This document shows positions 1-9,356 of a DNA stretch of 34,211 bases, one piece after another. Every line of letters begins with the position of its first letter. Position 1 is the first letter of the stretch. Source of the stretch: Pseudomonadota bacterium (GTDB taxonomy: Bacteria; Pseudomonadota; Alphaproteobacteria; UBA8366; GCA-2717185); assembly GCA_027619655.1 (NCBI GenBank), contig JAQCHR010000002.1, forward strand, positions 1 through 34,211, written 5' to 3'. A program made the translations under genes and the position numbers. Under the pieces are notes generated by a model. The model saw only the letters and a list, made by a program, of their open reading frames with translations, was not told the origin of the DNA and did not search any database.

Positions 1-636
1 CGCAAACAGAGCCGATGCCGGCCCGCCAACGGATTCGACTTCCGCTATATCCTTGCGGTCAAGCGCTGCCCGCAAGCGCTGCGCCACGGCCGGTTCAAGC
101 CCCAGCGCATCGCATAGCGACGGCACCAGGGTTGGCAGGTTGATATCAACGGATACGTCGCGAACGCCGACGGCCTGGAGGGCCGCAGCGGCGAGGCTGA
201 TGGTTTCCGCATCCGCGCTGGGTTCGGCGGACCCGATCAGTTCCGCGCCCGCCTGAAGGAATTCCCGCTCCGGACGAAGCTGGCTGCCCCGCACCCGCAG
301 CACCTGCCCGGAATAAGCCAGCCGCAGCGGCCGCGGCGCGCGCGTCAGGCGGGTCGTGGCAATCCGGGCGACCTGTTGCGTCATATCGGCGCGAACGCCC
401 ATCATGCGCTGGCTGACGGGATCCATCAGGCGGAAAGTCGCGTTCGCAATGCGCTGCGCCGCGCCGCCGAGCAGCGTATCCTCGAACTCGACCAATGGCG
501 GCGATACGCGCATATATCCATAGCGCGTAAACACCTCGACCAGGCGGTTCGCGATATCCGCTTCATGCGCTGCATCCGGCGGTAATCCGTCCCGCAATCC
601 GTCGGGCAGCAAGGCGTCTCTGCCTGCTTCGATCAT
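1..636 (-). CDS. hisZ: ATP phosphoribosyltransferase regulatory subunit HisZ (first ~212 codons; 3' end lies beyond the left edge)
   Basis: The minus-strand frame is open from the ATG at 636 to the window edge. It is absent from the ORF track because no stop lies in the window. My translation starts MIEAGRDALLPDGLRDGLPPDAAHEADIANRLVEVFTRYGYMRVSPPLVEFEDTLL and later contains RPEREFLQAGAELIG, which is the class-II aaRS-like HisS/HisZ fold. The LPxGxRDxLP start favours HisZ over HisS. Confidence 0.7.
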   Translation of the reverse strand, partial: MIEAGRDALLPDGLRDGLPPDAAHEADIANRLVEVFTRYGYMRVSPPLVEFEDTLLGGAAQRIANATFRLMDPVSQRMMGVRADMTQQVARIATTRLTRAPRPLRLAYSGQVLRVRGSQLRPEREFLQAGAELIGSAEPSADAETISLAAAALQAVGVRDVSVDINLPTLVPSLCDALGLEPAVAQRLRAALDRKDIAEVESVGGPASALFA

Positions 637-742
637 GGCGTCCGATGTCCGAAATTCATTCCTGTCTGGCGGGTGCTTACCTAGCGGTTTTGGTCTCCCG
701 GGGCAAGCGATGACTGGCGCAAAACACCGATGACGGCCGGTG

Positions 743-1747
743 CTAACGCCGGATAACGGTAACCGCGCCGTTGGCGAGACCATAAACGATCTCCGGCACG
801 CCGTTGCCATCAATATCCGCCATGACGATCGAGGTTGAAATCGGGCTGTCATGGGCAATCGACTGCACTTCGCGCGCCTTGCCACCGGCAAAGGAAATAG
901 CCACCAGCCTGAGCCGGTCGAGCGACGGAACAATGATATCCGCGATGCCGTCACCATCGACATCCGCCATGGCACTCATGCCGAGAACCTTGGAGCCGAT
1001 GAAATGGTTGGCATATCCGGACACGGATGCAACCGGTTCCAGGATACGCCCGAACTGCCGGAACAGGGTCAGCGTTCCGGACAGGTGCGGCGTCACGACC
1101 GAAGCGATTTCGGTTTTCCCATCGCCATCGAAATCGGCCGCGCCGACCGGGTTCTGCCATCGATTCGTCTGCCCGATGGGCCGCGACTCGGCAAGCGGCT
1201 GGATGGCGCTCCCGGCAACACCATAGAACGCCAATGCGGCACCGGCGTGGGGATATGTGTGGACCACGAGGACACCTTCCAGGCCATCGACAGTGACCAC
1301 CCGCGGTTCCGGGTCCTCGAATACGGAATTATCCTCAAGGCTGTATGTCGCCTCGCGACCGTTCGCGAACGCGACCTGCAGGGCGGTCGCCTCAATCCGG
1401 TCGCCGAGAACGCCATGCCGGTAGCGGTCCGTTGGCCCGGTCAGCCAGGCCTTTGCTACCGCGCCATCCCCTGATGCGACCCGGCCCTGCGGAATAATGG
1501 AAGCAGGAATGATCTCTTGCGATGTCTTCAGCGGCGACAGCAGGAACAGCCCGCGCGGCAGCGAGAGCCTGAAACGCCGGTCACCGGTGTGCAGGATGAC
1601 GCGGTCCTTGCCGGCGGACAGCGTGACATCCCTCAGATCGTCAATATGGGTCGCCGTTTCCGCCTTCCAGGCCGCGTCCTGCGCCGTTGCCGTACACGCA
1701 ATCAGGGCAAGCAGCAGGACCGCCGGAAGGACAGATCTAGAACGCAA
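743..1747 (-). CDS. FG-GAP/VCBS-repeat protein, probable lipoprotein
   Basis: This is track ORF 743..1843. It has repeated Ca-binding FG-GAP-type motifs DFDGDGKTEIASV, DVDGDGIADIIVPS and DIDGNGVPEIVYG. The first 32 codons of the long ORF overlap serA, so I place the start at the in-frame TTG at 1747. That gives MRSRSVLPAVLLLALIAC, a signal peptide with lipobox LIAC. The start is uncertain. Confidence 0.6.
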   Translation of the reverse strand: MRSRSVLPAVLLLALIACTATAQDAAWKAETATHIDDLRDVTLSAGKDRVILHTGDRRFRLSLPRGLFLLSPLKTSQEIIPASIIPQGRVASGDGAVAKAWLTGPTDRYRHGVLGDRIEATALQVAFANGREATYSLEDNSVFEDPEPRVVTVDGLEGVLVVHTYPHAGAALAFYGVAGSAIQPLAESRPIGQTNRWQNPVGAADFDGDGKTEIASVVTPHLSGTLTLFRQFGRILEPVASVSGYANHFIGSKVLGMSAMADVDGDGIADIIVPSLDRLRLVAISFAGGKAREVQSIAHDSPISTSIVMADIDGNGVPEIVYGLANGAVTVIRR

Positions 1748-3314
1748 GCTGCTTGACCTGGAAGATATTCGGCAGCTTGCACACGGCGTCCACGACCGAC
1801 GCGTCAAGCGGCTGATCGATTTGCAACAGCGCGATGGCGTCATTGCCCTGCCCGGCGCGGCCGAGATGGAAGGTCGCGATATTCACCCCGGCATCGCCCA
1901 GTGTCCGGCCCAGATTGCCGATAACGCCGGGTGTGTCCTTGTTGGTGATGTACAGCATGTATGGCGACATTTCGGCTTCGATATCGATGCCCTTGATGTT
2001 GACGATGCGTGCCCGCGTACCGCCGAACAGGGTGCCAGTGACGCTGCGTTCCTGCCGTTCGGTGGTAACGGTGATGCGGATCATGGTCTCGTAATCGCCC
2101 GCCTGCTCGTCCTTGGACTCGGTGACACGGATATTGCGTTCTCGGGCGATCGACGGCGCACTGACCATATTGACCGCATCCAGCATCGGCCGCAGCAGCC
2201 CGGTCAACGCCGCCGCCATGAGGGGGCGGGTATTGAGGGTTGCCACATGGCCCTGGAACTCGACCGTTACCGCCGATATGCCGGTTTCGGTAAGCTGGCC
2301 GGCAAAGCTGCCGAGGTGCTCCGCCAGCGCCATGTAGGGGCGCAGCCGCGGCGCTTCATCCGCGGTCACAGAGGGCATGTTGATGGCATTGGTCACGGCG
2401 CCGGTCAGCAGGAAGTCGGACATCTGCTCCGCCACCTGGACGGCGACGTTCTCCTGCGCCTCGTTGGTTGCGGCGCCAAGATGCGGCGTGCAGACCACAT
2501 TGTCGCGACCGAACAGGATGTTTTCCTTGGCTGGTTCCTTGACGAACACGTCAAAGCCGGCGCCGGCGACATGGCCGGAATCAAGCGCTGCCGCCAGGTC
2601 CTCCTCGACCACCAGTCCGCCACGGGCGCAGTTGATGATGTAGACGCCCTGCCTGGTCTTGGCGAGCGCCCCAGCGTCGATGATGCCGCGGGTGCTGTCG
2701 GTCAACGGTGCATGCAGCGTGATGAAATCGGCCCTGGCGAGCAGATCGTCCAGTTCGAGCTTTTCAATCCCCAGGTCGATGGCCCGTTCCGGCGACAGAT
2801 AGGGATCATAGGCGACAACCCGCATGTGCAGCCCATGCGCCCGGTCGGCGACAATGGACCCTATATTGCCGCAGCCGATCAGGCCCAGCGTCTTGCCCGT
2901 CAATTCGACGCCCATGAAGCGGGATTTTTCCCACTTCCCCGCCTGGGTCGATGCATTCGCTGCGGTAATCTGGCGCGCCAGGGCGAACATCATGCCGACG
3001 GCGTGTTCGGCCGTTGTCGTCGCGTTGCCGAAGGGCGTGTTCATGACAACGACGCCTCTCTGCGTAGCCAGCGGGACATCGATATTGTCGACACCGATAC
3101 CGGCCCTGCCGACGATTTTCAGCTTCGCGGCGGCATCCAGAACGGCTGCTGTTACTTTCGTCGCCGACCTGACGGCGAGCCCGTCATAATCGCCGATGCA
3201 GGCAATCAGTTCGTCCGGCGACATGCCGACCTTCACATCGACCTCTATTCCATTCTGTCTGAATACCGCCTCGGCGTTGGCGCTAAGCTCATCCGCAATC
3301 AATACTCTGGTCAT
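1737..3314 (-). CDS. serA: D-3-phosphoglycerate dehydrogenase (long form with C-terminal ACT domain)
   Basis: 525 aa. It has the D-isomer 2-hydroxyacid dehydrogenase fold with the NAD motif GLIGCGNIGS and catalytic-region VVCTPHLGAAT. The ~150-aa C-terminal extension is typical of the regulatory (ACT) region. It lies 16 nt downstream of serC. Confidence 0.9.
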   Translation of the reverse strand: MTRVLIADELSANAEAVFRQNGIEVDVKVGMSPDELIACIGDYDGLAVRSATKVTAAVLDAAAKLKIVGRAGIGVDNIDVPLATQRGVVVMNTPFGNATTTAEHAVGMMFALARQITAANASTQAGKWEKSRFMGVELTGKTLGLIGCGNIGSIVADRAHGLHMRVVAYDPYLSPERAIDLGIEKLELDDLLARADFITLHAPLTDSTRGIIDAGALAKTRQGVYIINCARGGLVVEEDLAAALDSGHVAGAGFDVFVKEPAKENILFGRDNVVCTPHLGAATNEAQENVAVQVAEQMSDFLLTGAVTNAINMPSVTADEAPRLRPYMALAEHLGSFAGQLTETGISAVTVEFQGHVATLNTRPLMAAALTGLLRPMLDAVNMVSAPSIARERNIRVTESKDEQAGDYETMIRITVTTERQERSVTGTLFGGTRARIVNIKGIDIEAEMSPYMLYITNKDTPGVIGNLGRTLGDAGVNIATFHLGRAGQGNDAIALLQIDQPLDASVVDAVCKLPNIFQVKQLAF

Positions 3315-3330
3315 TTTTTTCTTCTTTCCG

Positions 3331-4488
3331 TCAGTCTGCGGCGGCAGTCTCGAAAATTTCCGCGTAGGCCCAGTCGAGCCATGGCGTCAGCGCCGCCATA
3401 TCGGCGCTCTCCACGGTCGCCCCGCCCCATATCCGCAATCCCGGCGGCGCGTCCCGGTATGCACCGATATCGTAAGCCACGCCGACGTCATCAAGCCGTT
3501 GCGCGATGCGCTTCGGCGCCGCGGCCAGGGCGGCGGCATCCAGCGGCACGTCATCCGACAGCGCCAGGCAGATTGACGTGCAGGACCGTGTGACCGGGTC
3601 CTTGGCCAGGAAATCGACCCAGTCGCGCGCCGCGACCCACTGGTCGATCACCTTGAAATTTGCGTTGCAGCGCGCAATCAGGGCGTCGAGGCCGCCAATC
3701 GATTCCGCCCATTTCAGCGCATCGATGCAATCCTCTACCGCCAGCATCGACGGGGTATTTATGGTCAGACCCTTGAAGGGGCCCTCTTCCAGCTTGCCGC
3801 CCTTGGTCAGGCGGAAGATTTTCGGCAGGGGCCGGGGCGGCACGAAGGATTCAAGCCGTTCAACCGCGCGCGGCGACAGAACGAGCATCCCATGCGCCGC
3901 TTCGCCACCCAGCACTTTTTGCCAGGACCAGGTCGCAATATCGAGCTTCTCCCATGGCAGTTCCATGGCAAAAACAGCCGAAGTCGCATCACAGAACGTC
4001 AGCCCCTTGCGGTCCGCGGGGATCCAGTCGCCGTTCGGGACCCGCACGCCGCTGGTTGTGCCGTTCCATGTAAAAACCACGTCGCGGTCGAAATCGACCT
4101 GGCCGAGGTCCGGCAGCAGCCCGTATTCGGCCTTGAGCGCCCGGACATCCTGCAGCTTGAGCTGGTTCGTCACATCGCTGACCCAGCCAGCGCCGAATGA
4201 CTCCCAGGCCAGCATGTCAACGCCGCGCGCGCCCAGCATCGTCCACATGGCCATTTCCATGGCGCCGGTGTCGGACGCCGGCACAATCGCCAGCCGGTAA
4301 TCGTCCGGCAGACGCAACAGCGTCCGATGGCGGTCGATTACTTCCGCCAGCCGGGCCTTGCCTTCGGTGGAGCGATGCGACCGTCCCAGAAACGCCCCAG
4401 CCAAAGCAGATGGCGTCCAGCCCGGACGTTTGGCGCAGGGCCCTGAGGAAAAATTAGGATTCCCCGGTCGGGTGTGCGGCATCGACAT
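3331..4488 (-). CDS. serC: Phosphoserine aminotransferase (approx. 385-aa alphaproteobacterial/actinobacterial type)
   Basis: 385 aa. The N-terminus [15 protein letters not shown] and the PLP-lysine region [15 protein letters not shown] match this type. It sits in the canonical serC-serA tandem. Confidence 0.85.
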   Translation of the reverse strand: MSMPHTRPGNPNFSSGPCAKRPGWTPSALAGAFLGRSHRSTEGKARLAEVIDRHRTLLRLPDDYRLAIVPASDTGAMEMAMWTMLGARGVDMLAWESFGAGWVSDVTNQLKLQDVRALKAEYGLLPDLGQVDFDRDVVFTWNGTTSGVRVPNGDWIPADRKGLTFCDATSAVFAMELPWEKLDIATWSWQKVLGGEAAHGMLVLSPRAVERLESFVPPRPLPKIFRLTKGGKLEEGPFKGLTINTPSMLAVEDCIDALKWAESIGGLDALIARCNANFKVIDQWVAARDWVDFLAKDPVTRSCTSICLALSDDVPLDAAALAAAPKRIAQRLDDVGVAYDIGAYRDAPPGLRIWGGATVESADMAALTPWLDWAYAEIFETAAAD

Positions 4489-4703
4489 TGTCGTTTCCTT
4501 TCGCGAGAACTGCGATACGAATTTTCAGGGTTTACGGTAAGCCGAGAGCGGCTGGGAGATTAGGCGTCACTTTCCAGACGGTCAACGGCACGGATGTTGC
4601 GCCGCAATATTCTGCGGACCCGGCCGGGTTTCAACCTTTATGTGCGTTCTGCGACATTCCGTCATAGGTTAGGGGCAGCAGGAATCAGCAAGGCACAAAT
4701 TCC

Positions 4704-6479
4704 GTGACAGCAGCACAAATTTACATTCTGACTGTATTAACCATAACGATGGGGCTCTTCGTCTGGGGCCGCTGGCGATACGATATCGTGGCCCTGATGG
4801 CGTTGCTCGCGGTCGTGATTGGCGGCCTCGTCCCCGCGGCGGACGCGTTTGCCGGGTTCGGTCACCCTGCGGTCATTACGGTCGCCGCCGTGCTGGCGAT
4901 TTCCCGGGCCATCCATAATTCCGGGCTGATCGGCTGGCTGGCGCGCGGCCTGGAACGCAGCGGCAAGGAACCGACGACGCAAACCGGGGCTGTCGTAGCC
5001 CTCGTCGCTGCGCTTTCGGCCTTCATGAACAATGTCGGCGCGCTCGCGCTGCTGCTGCCGGTTCTAATCCGCGCGACGCGCAATGCCGGCCGCCAGCCCG
5101 CAGCGCTGCTGATGCCGCTCTCTTTCGGATCCCTGCTGGGTGGGCTCATCACACTGATTGGCACGCCACCGAATATCATCATTGCCACCTATCGCGCGCA
5201 ATCCGCCGGCGAACCCCTCGGCATGTTCGACTTTGCCCCCGTCGGGATCATCATTGCCATTGTCGGCGCCATTTTCATCGCCGTAGTCGGCTGGCGCCTG
5301 ATTCCCGCACGGCAAACCGGCGGCAGCGAAAGCGACATGTTCCAGATTGCCGACTACATCACCGAAGTGGTGGTGACCGAAGACTCGAAAGTCGCAGGCG
5401 CGACAATATCGGCTCTGCTGGAGCCTGCCGGCCAGGGGGAAATAATCGTCGTCGCTCTTCAGCGTGGCGACAATCGCCGATCGCGCCCAAGCCGGTTCGA
5501 GCTATTACAGGCTGATGATCACCTGTTGCTGGAAGGCAGCGCAGAAGCGATTGAAACCGTCATCCATGAAGCCCGGTTGAAACTGGAGGGAACGGCGACC
5601 CTCAATCCCGAGGAACTAGAATCCGAGGATGTCTCACTGGTGGAAGCCGTCATCACACCGGCATCGCAACTCGCGAGACGCACCGTGGCGCAGGCCATGC
5701 TGGACCGGCGCTATGGCGTCAACCTTCTGGCGCTTGCCCGGCAAGGGCGACCCGTGCGGGAGAACCTGCGCCGTGTGCGACTTCTGGCCGGCGATGTCCT
5801 GTTGCTGCAGGGCAATGCGGACGCCATGCCGGAATCCCTGTCCGCCATGGGCTGCCTGCCGCTCGCCGAACGGGATCTCGGGCTGCACCGCACGCCCAGC
5901 CCCCTGCCCCTCATCATATTTGCCGTTGCCATCGCGCTGGGCGTCTTCGGACTGCTGTCCATACCGGTCGCGTTTACCGGCGCGGTCGTGGCCCTGGTCC
6001 TGACCCGTTCCCTGACATTGCGCGACCTTTATGCCAGCGTTGACCGGCCGGTCATTGTGCTGCTGGCGGCCATGGTCCCGGTCGGCATGGCGGTGGAGGC
6101 CTCCGGCGCAACCGACCTGATCGTCGGCGGTATTGCCCGCCTGTCGGATATCCTGCCGGCCTGGTCCATCGTCGTGGTCGTCCTGGTCGCGGCAATGATC
6201 CTGTCGGACATCATGAACAACGCTGCAACGGCCGTTCTGATGGCGCCGCTGGCAATTGGCGTCGCGGAGCATATCCATGTCAGCGCCGATCCGCTGCTGA
6301 TGGCCGTCGCGATCGGCAGTTCCTGCGCGTTTCTGACGCCAATCGGCCATCAGTCGAACGTTCTGGTCATGGGGCCGGCGGGATACCGGTTCGGCGACTA
6401 CTGGCGGATGGGACTGCCGCTGGAGATCCTAATCGTCGTCGTTGCGGTCCCTGCAATCCTCTGGTTCTGGCCGCTATAG
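4704..6479 (+). CDS. SLC13/DASS-type (YfbS-like, IT superfamily) anion permease with two central TrkA-C (RCK_C) domains
   Basis: 591 aa with a GTG start. Hydrophobic N- and C-terminal halves flank two soluble repeats: ITEVVVTEDSKVAGATISALL...LQADDHLLLEGSAEAIETV and LVEAVITPASQLARRTVAQAML...LLAGDVLLLQGNADAM. Both have the TrkA-C pattern. The C-terminal LTPIGHQSNVLVMGPAGYRFGDY is typical of this permease family. Confidence 0.8.
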   Translation: MTAAQIYILTVLTITMGLFVWGRWRYDIVALMALLAVVIGGLVPAADAFAGFGHPAVITVAAVLAISRAIHNSGLIGWLARGLERSGKEPTTQTGAVVALVAALSAFMNNVGALALLLPVLIRATRNAGRQPAALLMPLSFGSLLGGLITLIGTPPNIIIATYRAQSAGEPLGMFDFAPVGIIIAIVGAIFIAVVGWRLIPARQTGGSESDMFQIADYITEVVVTEDSKVAGATISALLEPAGQGEIIVVALQRGDNRRSRPSRFELLQADDHLLLEGSAEAIETVIHEARLKLEGTATLNPEELESEDVSLVEAVITPASQLARRTVAQAMLDRRYGVNLLALARQGRPVRENLRRVRLLAGDVLLLQGNADAMPESLSAMGCLPLAERDLGLHRTPSPLPLIIFAVAIALGVFGLLSIPVAFTGAVVALVLTRSLTLRDLYASVDRPVIVLLAAMVPVGMAVEASGATDLIVGGIARLSDILPAWSIVVVVLVAAMILSDIMNNAATAVLMAPLAIGVAEHIHVSADPLLMAVAIGSSCAFLTPIGHQSNVLVMGPAGYRFGDYWRMGLPLEILIVVVAVPAILWFWPL

Positions 6480-6491
6480 GGTAAAGCCCGC

Positions 6492-8324
6492 CTACAGCGA
6501 ATAGAACCAGGGCGCGAACAGGCTGAACACGATCCACAGCAGCCCGACGAGAGGCAAGCCGACCTTTACGAAATCGATGAACCGGTACCCGGCCGGCCCC
6601 ATGACCAGCAGGTTGGTCTGGTAACCCACCGGCGAGGCGAAGGAGCAGTTCGCCGCGAACACGACGGCAACGGCAAACGGCTCGACCGGCGCGCCAATTG
6701 CCTTGGCGACACCGACCGCAATTGGTGTGAACAGGACCGCCGTCGCCTTGGTGCTGAGCACATTGGAGAGCAGCGCCACCAGCAGGAAGAATACGGACAG
6801 GACAATCGGTACCGAAGAGTGCCCGACGACGGCCAGCATTGTCTCCGCCATGAAATCGGCGCCGCCGGTTTCCTGCATGGCCGCGCCGAGGGCCAGGGCT
6901 GACGCGATCAGCATGACAAGCTGCCGGTCCAGCGCGCGCATGGCATCACGAACCCGCAATACGCCGGTTGCGACCATCGCGACCGCCCCCTTCAATGCGC
7001 CGACGGAAATCGGTATCAATCCGGTCGCCGCGGATGCCACGACGGCCAGAAAGATCAGCCCCGCCGGCACAGCATGATGGATTGCCGGAATTTCCTCCGC
7101 TGACCATTCCAGCAGCAGCGTATCGTGATCTCCGCGCAACTTGCGGATATCGCGCAACTGGCCCTGAACAAGGAGCGTATCGCCTGCTTCGATACGAATT
7201 TCGGTCAGCCGCTGCCGCAGCAGGCGGCCCCGGCGCTGGATCCCGACGACAATACAGTGATGGCGGTAGCGGAAGCCGAATTCCTCCAGCGTGCGACCGG
7301 TCATGGCCGATCCCGGCGGCACCATGACATCGGCAACCACCTGCCCACCGATCAGCCAGCGTTCCGGCGATTCGACCTGGTCTTCGAGCCGCGGATGCAT
7401 TGCCGCCGGGTCGGCTTTCATGGCCTCGACCAGGGAATCGCGGGTCGCCGCGACGACAATGACGTCTTCATCCTGCAACTGGACCTGCCGGAACGGGGAC
7501 ACGAAGGCGTGCTCACCCCGCTGCACCATCAGAACCCGCATTTCCGACAGGCTGTCCAACTTGCCTTCGGTAAATTCCGCCCCGACAAGGGCGGATTTCG
7601 GCGTAATCGTAATCTGCGCAATAAACTGCCGGTTATCCTACGCCAGACCTTCGGCAATGTCCTCGTTTTCGGGCAACAGGCGGGGTGCCACGAACAGAAG
7701 ATACAGCAAGCCGGCAATGGCGAGAACGATGCCCGGTATCGAGAAATCGAAGAATCCGAACGGCGCCTCGCCAAGCTGCACCAGGGCACTGGATACCAGA
7801 AGGTTCGTGGAAGACCCGATCAGCGTGGTCATGCCGCCCAGCATGGCCGCGAAACTGAGCGGCATCAGCAGGTGGCTGGGGCGTTTGCCCAGGCGTTTGG
7901 CAATCGCCTGCATGATAGGTATGAAAATGACGACGACGGGAATGTTGTTCATCAGCGCGCTAACGGCCAGGACCGTGGTCAACGCCATTGTTACCGTCAG
8001 CCAGGGGCTGCCCCGCCCGGCCGCGAGAACCATGGCGGCCCCCTTGTCGAGTGCGCCGGTCCGTTCCAGCCCATCGCCGATGACCAGCAGTCCCAGCACG
8101 GCAAACAGGGCCGGATTTGCGAACCCGGAGAGCAGCCGCACCGCATCCAGCCGGTTGTCGCCGTCAATCCCAGGTACAGGCATCAGGTGAAACAGGATCA
8201 TCAGGGCGCAAAGGACCCCGAGCGAGGTCACCTCCAGCGGCAGCTTTTCAGTCGCATAAAGAACCAGCGAGCTCACGATCAGGGTGAACACCGCCAGCAT
8301 CTGAATAGTTGCGATTTCCATCAT
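6492..8324 (-). pseudogene. Paralogous SLC13/DASS-type permease with TrkA-C domains, interrupted by one in-frame TAG (7638-7640)
   Basis: Track ORFs 7638..8324 (228 aa, membrane N-half) and 6492..7559 (355 aa, two TrkA-C repeats plus membrane C-half) are in the same reading frame. Reading through the TAG gives ...IAEGLA*DNRQFIAQITITPKSALVGAEFTEGKLDSLSEMRV..., which is colinear with the neighbouring paralogue (...SDMFQIADYITEVVVTEDSKVAG...). The total is 611 codons. AGGAAG lies immediately upstream of the ATG at 8324. Confidence 0.75.
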
Positions 8325-8369
8325 CTTCCTGTCAGGGAAAGTATATGAAAAAATATTTAATAAGCACGC

Positions 8370-9356
8370 TTATTGAATTTTTGGATTTTTGTCACCGCTC
8401 TCATAGGCGATAGACGGCCGTTTCTTCAGCTTGCTTTCCCGATAAGCAATATAGGTTGCACTGATAAAAATCATACCGCCGCCCAAGAGAGTCATCGCGT
8501 CGGGGGATTCCGCAAACAGGAAAAACCCGAACGCCGTCGCCCAGATCAGCTTGAAGAAATCGATCGGCATGACAACGGCGGTTGCACCGAGCCGCAACGC
8601 CTGGGTGACCGTGAGCTGTGTTACCGTTCCAAAAGCGGCTATCAACAGCAGCCAAAGGTATTGATGCGGTTCCGGCCAGATCCAGACCGTGGTCGCAGGC
8701 ACGAACGACAACACGGTCAACACCAGCGCAAGATACAGCGTTATCGTATGGCTGGATTCGGTGCGCCCCAGTATTCGTGTCACGATGATCGCCGCTCCCC
8801 AGGTTCCCGCCGAAAACAGTGTCAGCACCGATCCGAGATCGAATTCGATAATCCCCGGCCGCAGGATCACCAGCGTTCCGGCAAAACCGACGATAATGGC
8901 CGCCCAGCGCCGGATGCGCACGACCTCGCCCAGGAAGAATATCGCCAGGATCGTGGCGAAAAGCGGCGCGGTGAAGGACAGCGCCGTTACCTGCGCCAGC
9001 GGCGTGATGCTGAGAGCGGTAAAAAACGACAGCATCGAGCCGGTTGTCAGCGTGCCCCGCAGCAGGTGCAGCCAGGGATGGCTCGTACGCAGCGGCGCAA
9101 TCCCGAGGCGGATCAACGGGATCACCAGGAATACAAGGGCAAACGAATTCCGGAAGAATGCCAGCTCGAACGGTTCCAGTGCGGCACTCATAAACCGGAC
9201 CGTCGCATGCATGCAGACGCCCGTGATCGTGCCGACGAACATGAATATCATCCCGCGCAACCCGGCGGGCAAATTGGCAAACAGCGTGCGCGTGGCGTTT
9301 ACCAAAGGCAGATCCGCGCAGGCCGGACCGTCAACCGATAGCTGCCACGATGGCAT
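8370..9356 (-). CDS. EamA/DMT-family permease
   Basis: Track ORF 8370..9476. It shows the characteristic EamA-domain pattern LSITPLAQVTALSFTAPLFATILAIFFLGEVVRIRRWAAIIVGFAGTLVILRPG, and a second similar half. The first 40 codons of the long ORF are Arg-rich and overlap the upstream dehydrogenase gene. I therefore place the start at the ATG at 9356, which still overlaps by 26 nt. Confidence 0.75.
   Translation of the reverse strand: MPSWQLSVDGPACADLPLVNATRTLFANLPAGLRGMIFMFVGTITGVCMHATVRFMSAALEPFELAFFRNSFALVFLVIPLIRLGIAPLRTSHPWLHLLRGTLTTGSMLSFFTALSITPLAQVTALSFTAPLFATILAIFFLGEVVRIRRWAAIIVGFAGTLVILRPGIIEFDLGSVLTLFSAGTWGAAIIVTRILGRTESSHTITLYLALVLTVLSFVPATTVWIWPEPHQYLWLLLIAAFGTVTQLTVTQALRLGATAVVMPIDFFKLIWATAFGFFLFAESPDAMTLLGGGMIFISATYIAYRESKLKKRPSIAYESGDKNPKIQ

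Noticed and set aside
1497-3593. A 698-aa plus-strand ORF, and similar very long ORFs at 7125..8348, 13964..15037, 20778..22040 and 29814..31442.
   Set aside because: All are antisense to genes with strong family motifs (serA, the DASS permease, ACAD, the class-II lyase, pepM). Their translations are Arg/Gly/Ala/Pro-rich and low-complexity, and they contain no motif I recognise. These are typical shadow ORFs of high-GC DNA.
3331-4488. serC as the missing aminotransferase for phosphonoacetaldehyde.
   Set aside because: It sits in the canonical serC-serA pair 24 kb away and has typical phosphoserine aminotransferase motifs. Nothing links it to the phosphonate cassette.
7638-7640. The in-frame TAG in the DASS permease read as pyrrolysine or programmed read-through.
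   Set aside because: No pyl genes or recoding signals are visible. The stop lies in a poorly conserved linker, and Pyl decoding is not expected in this kind of organism. A nonsense mutation or a sequencing error is far more parsimonious.
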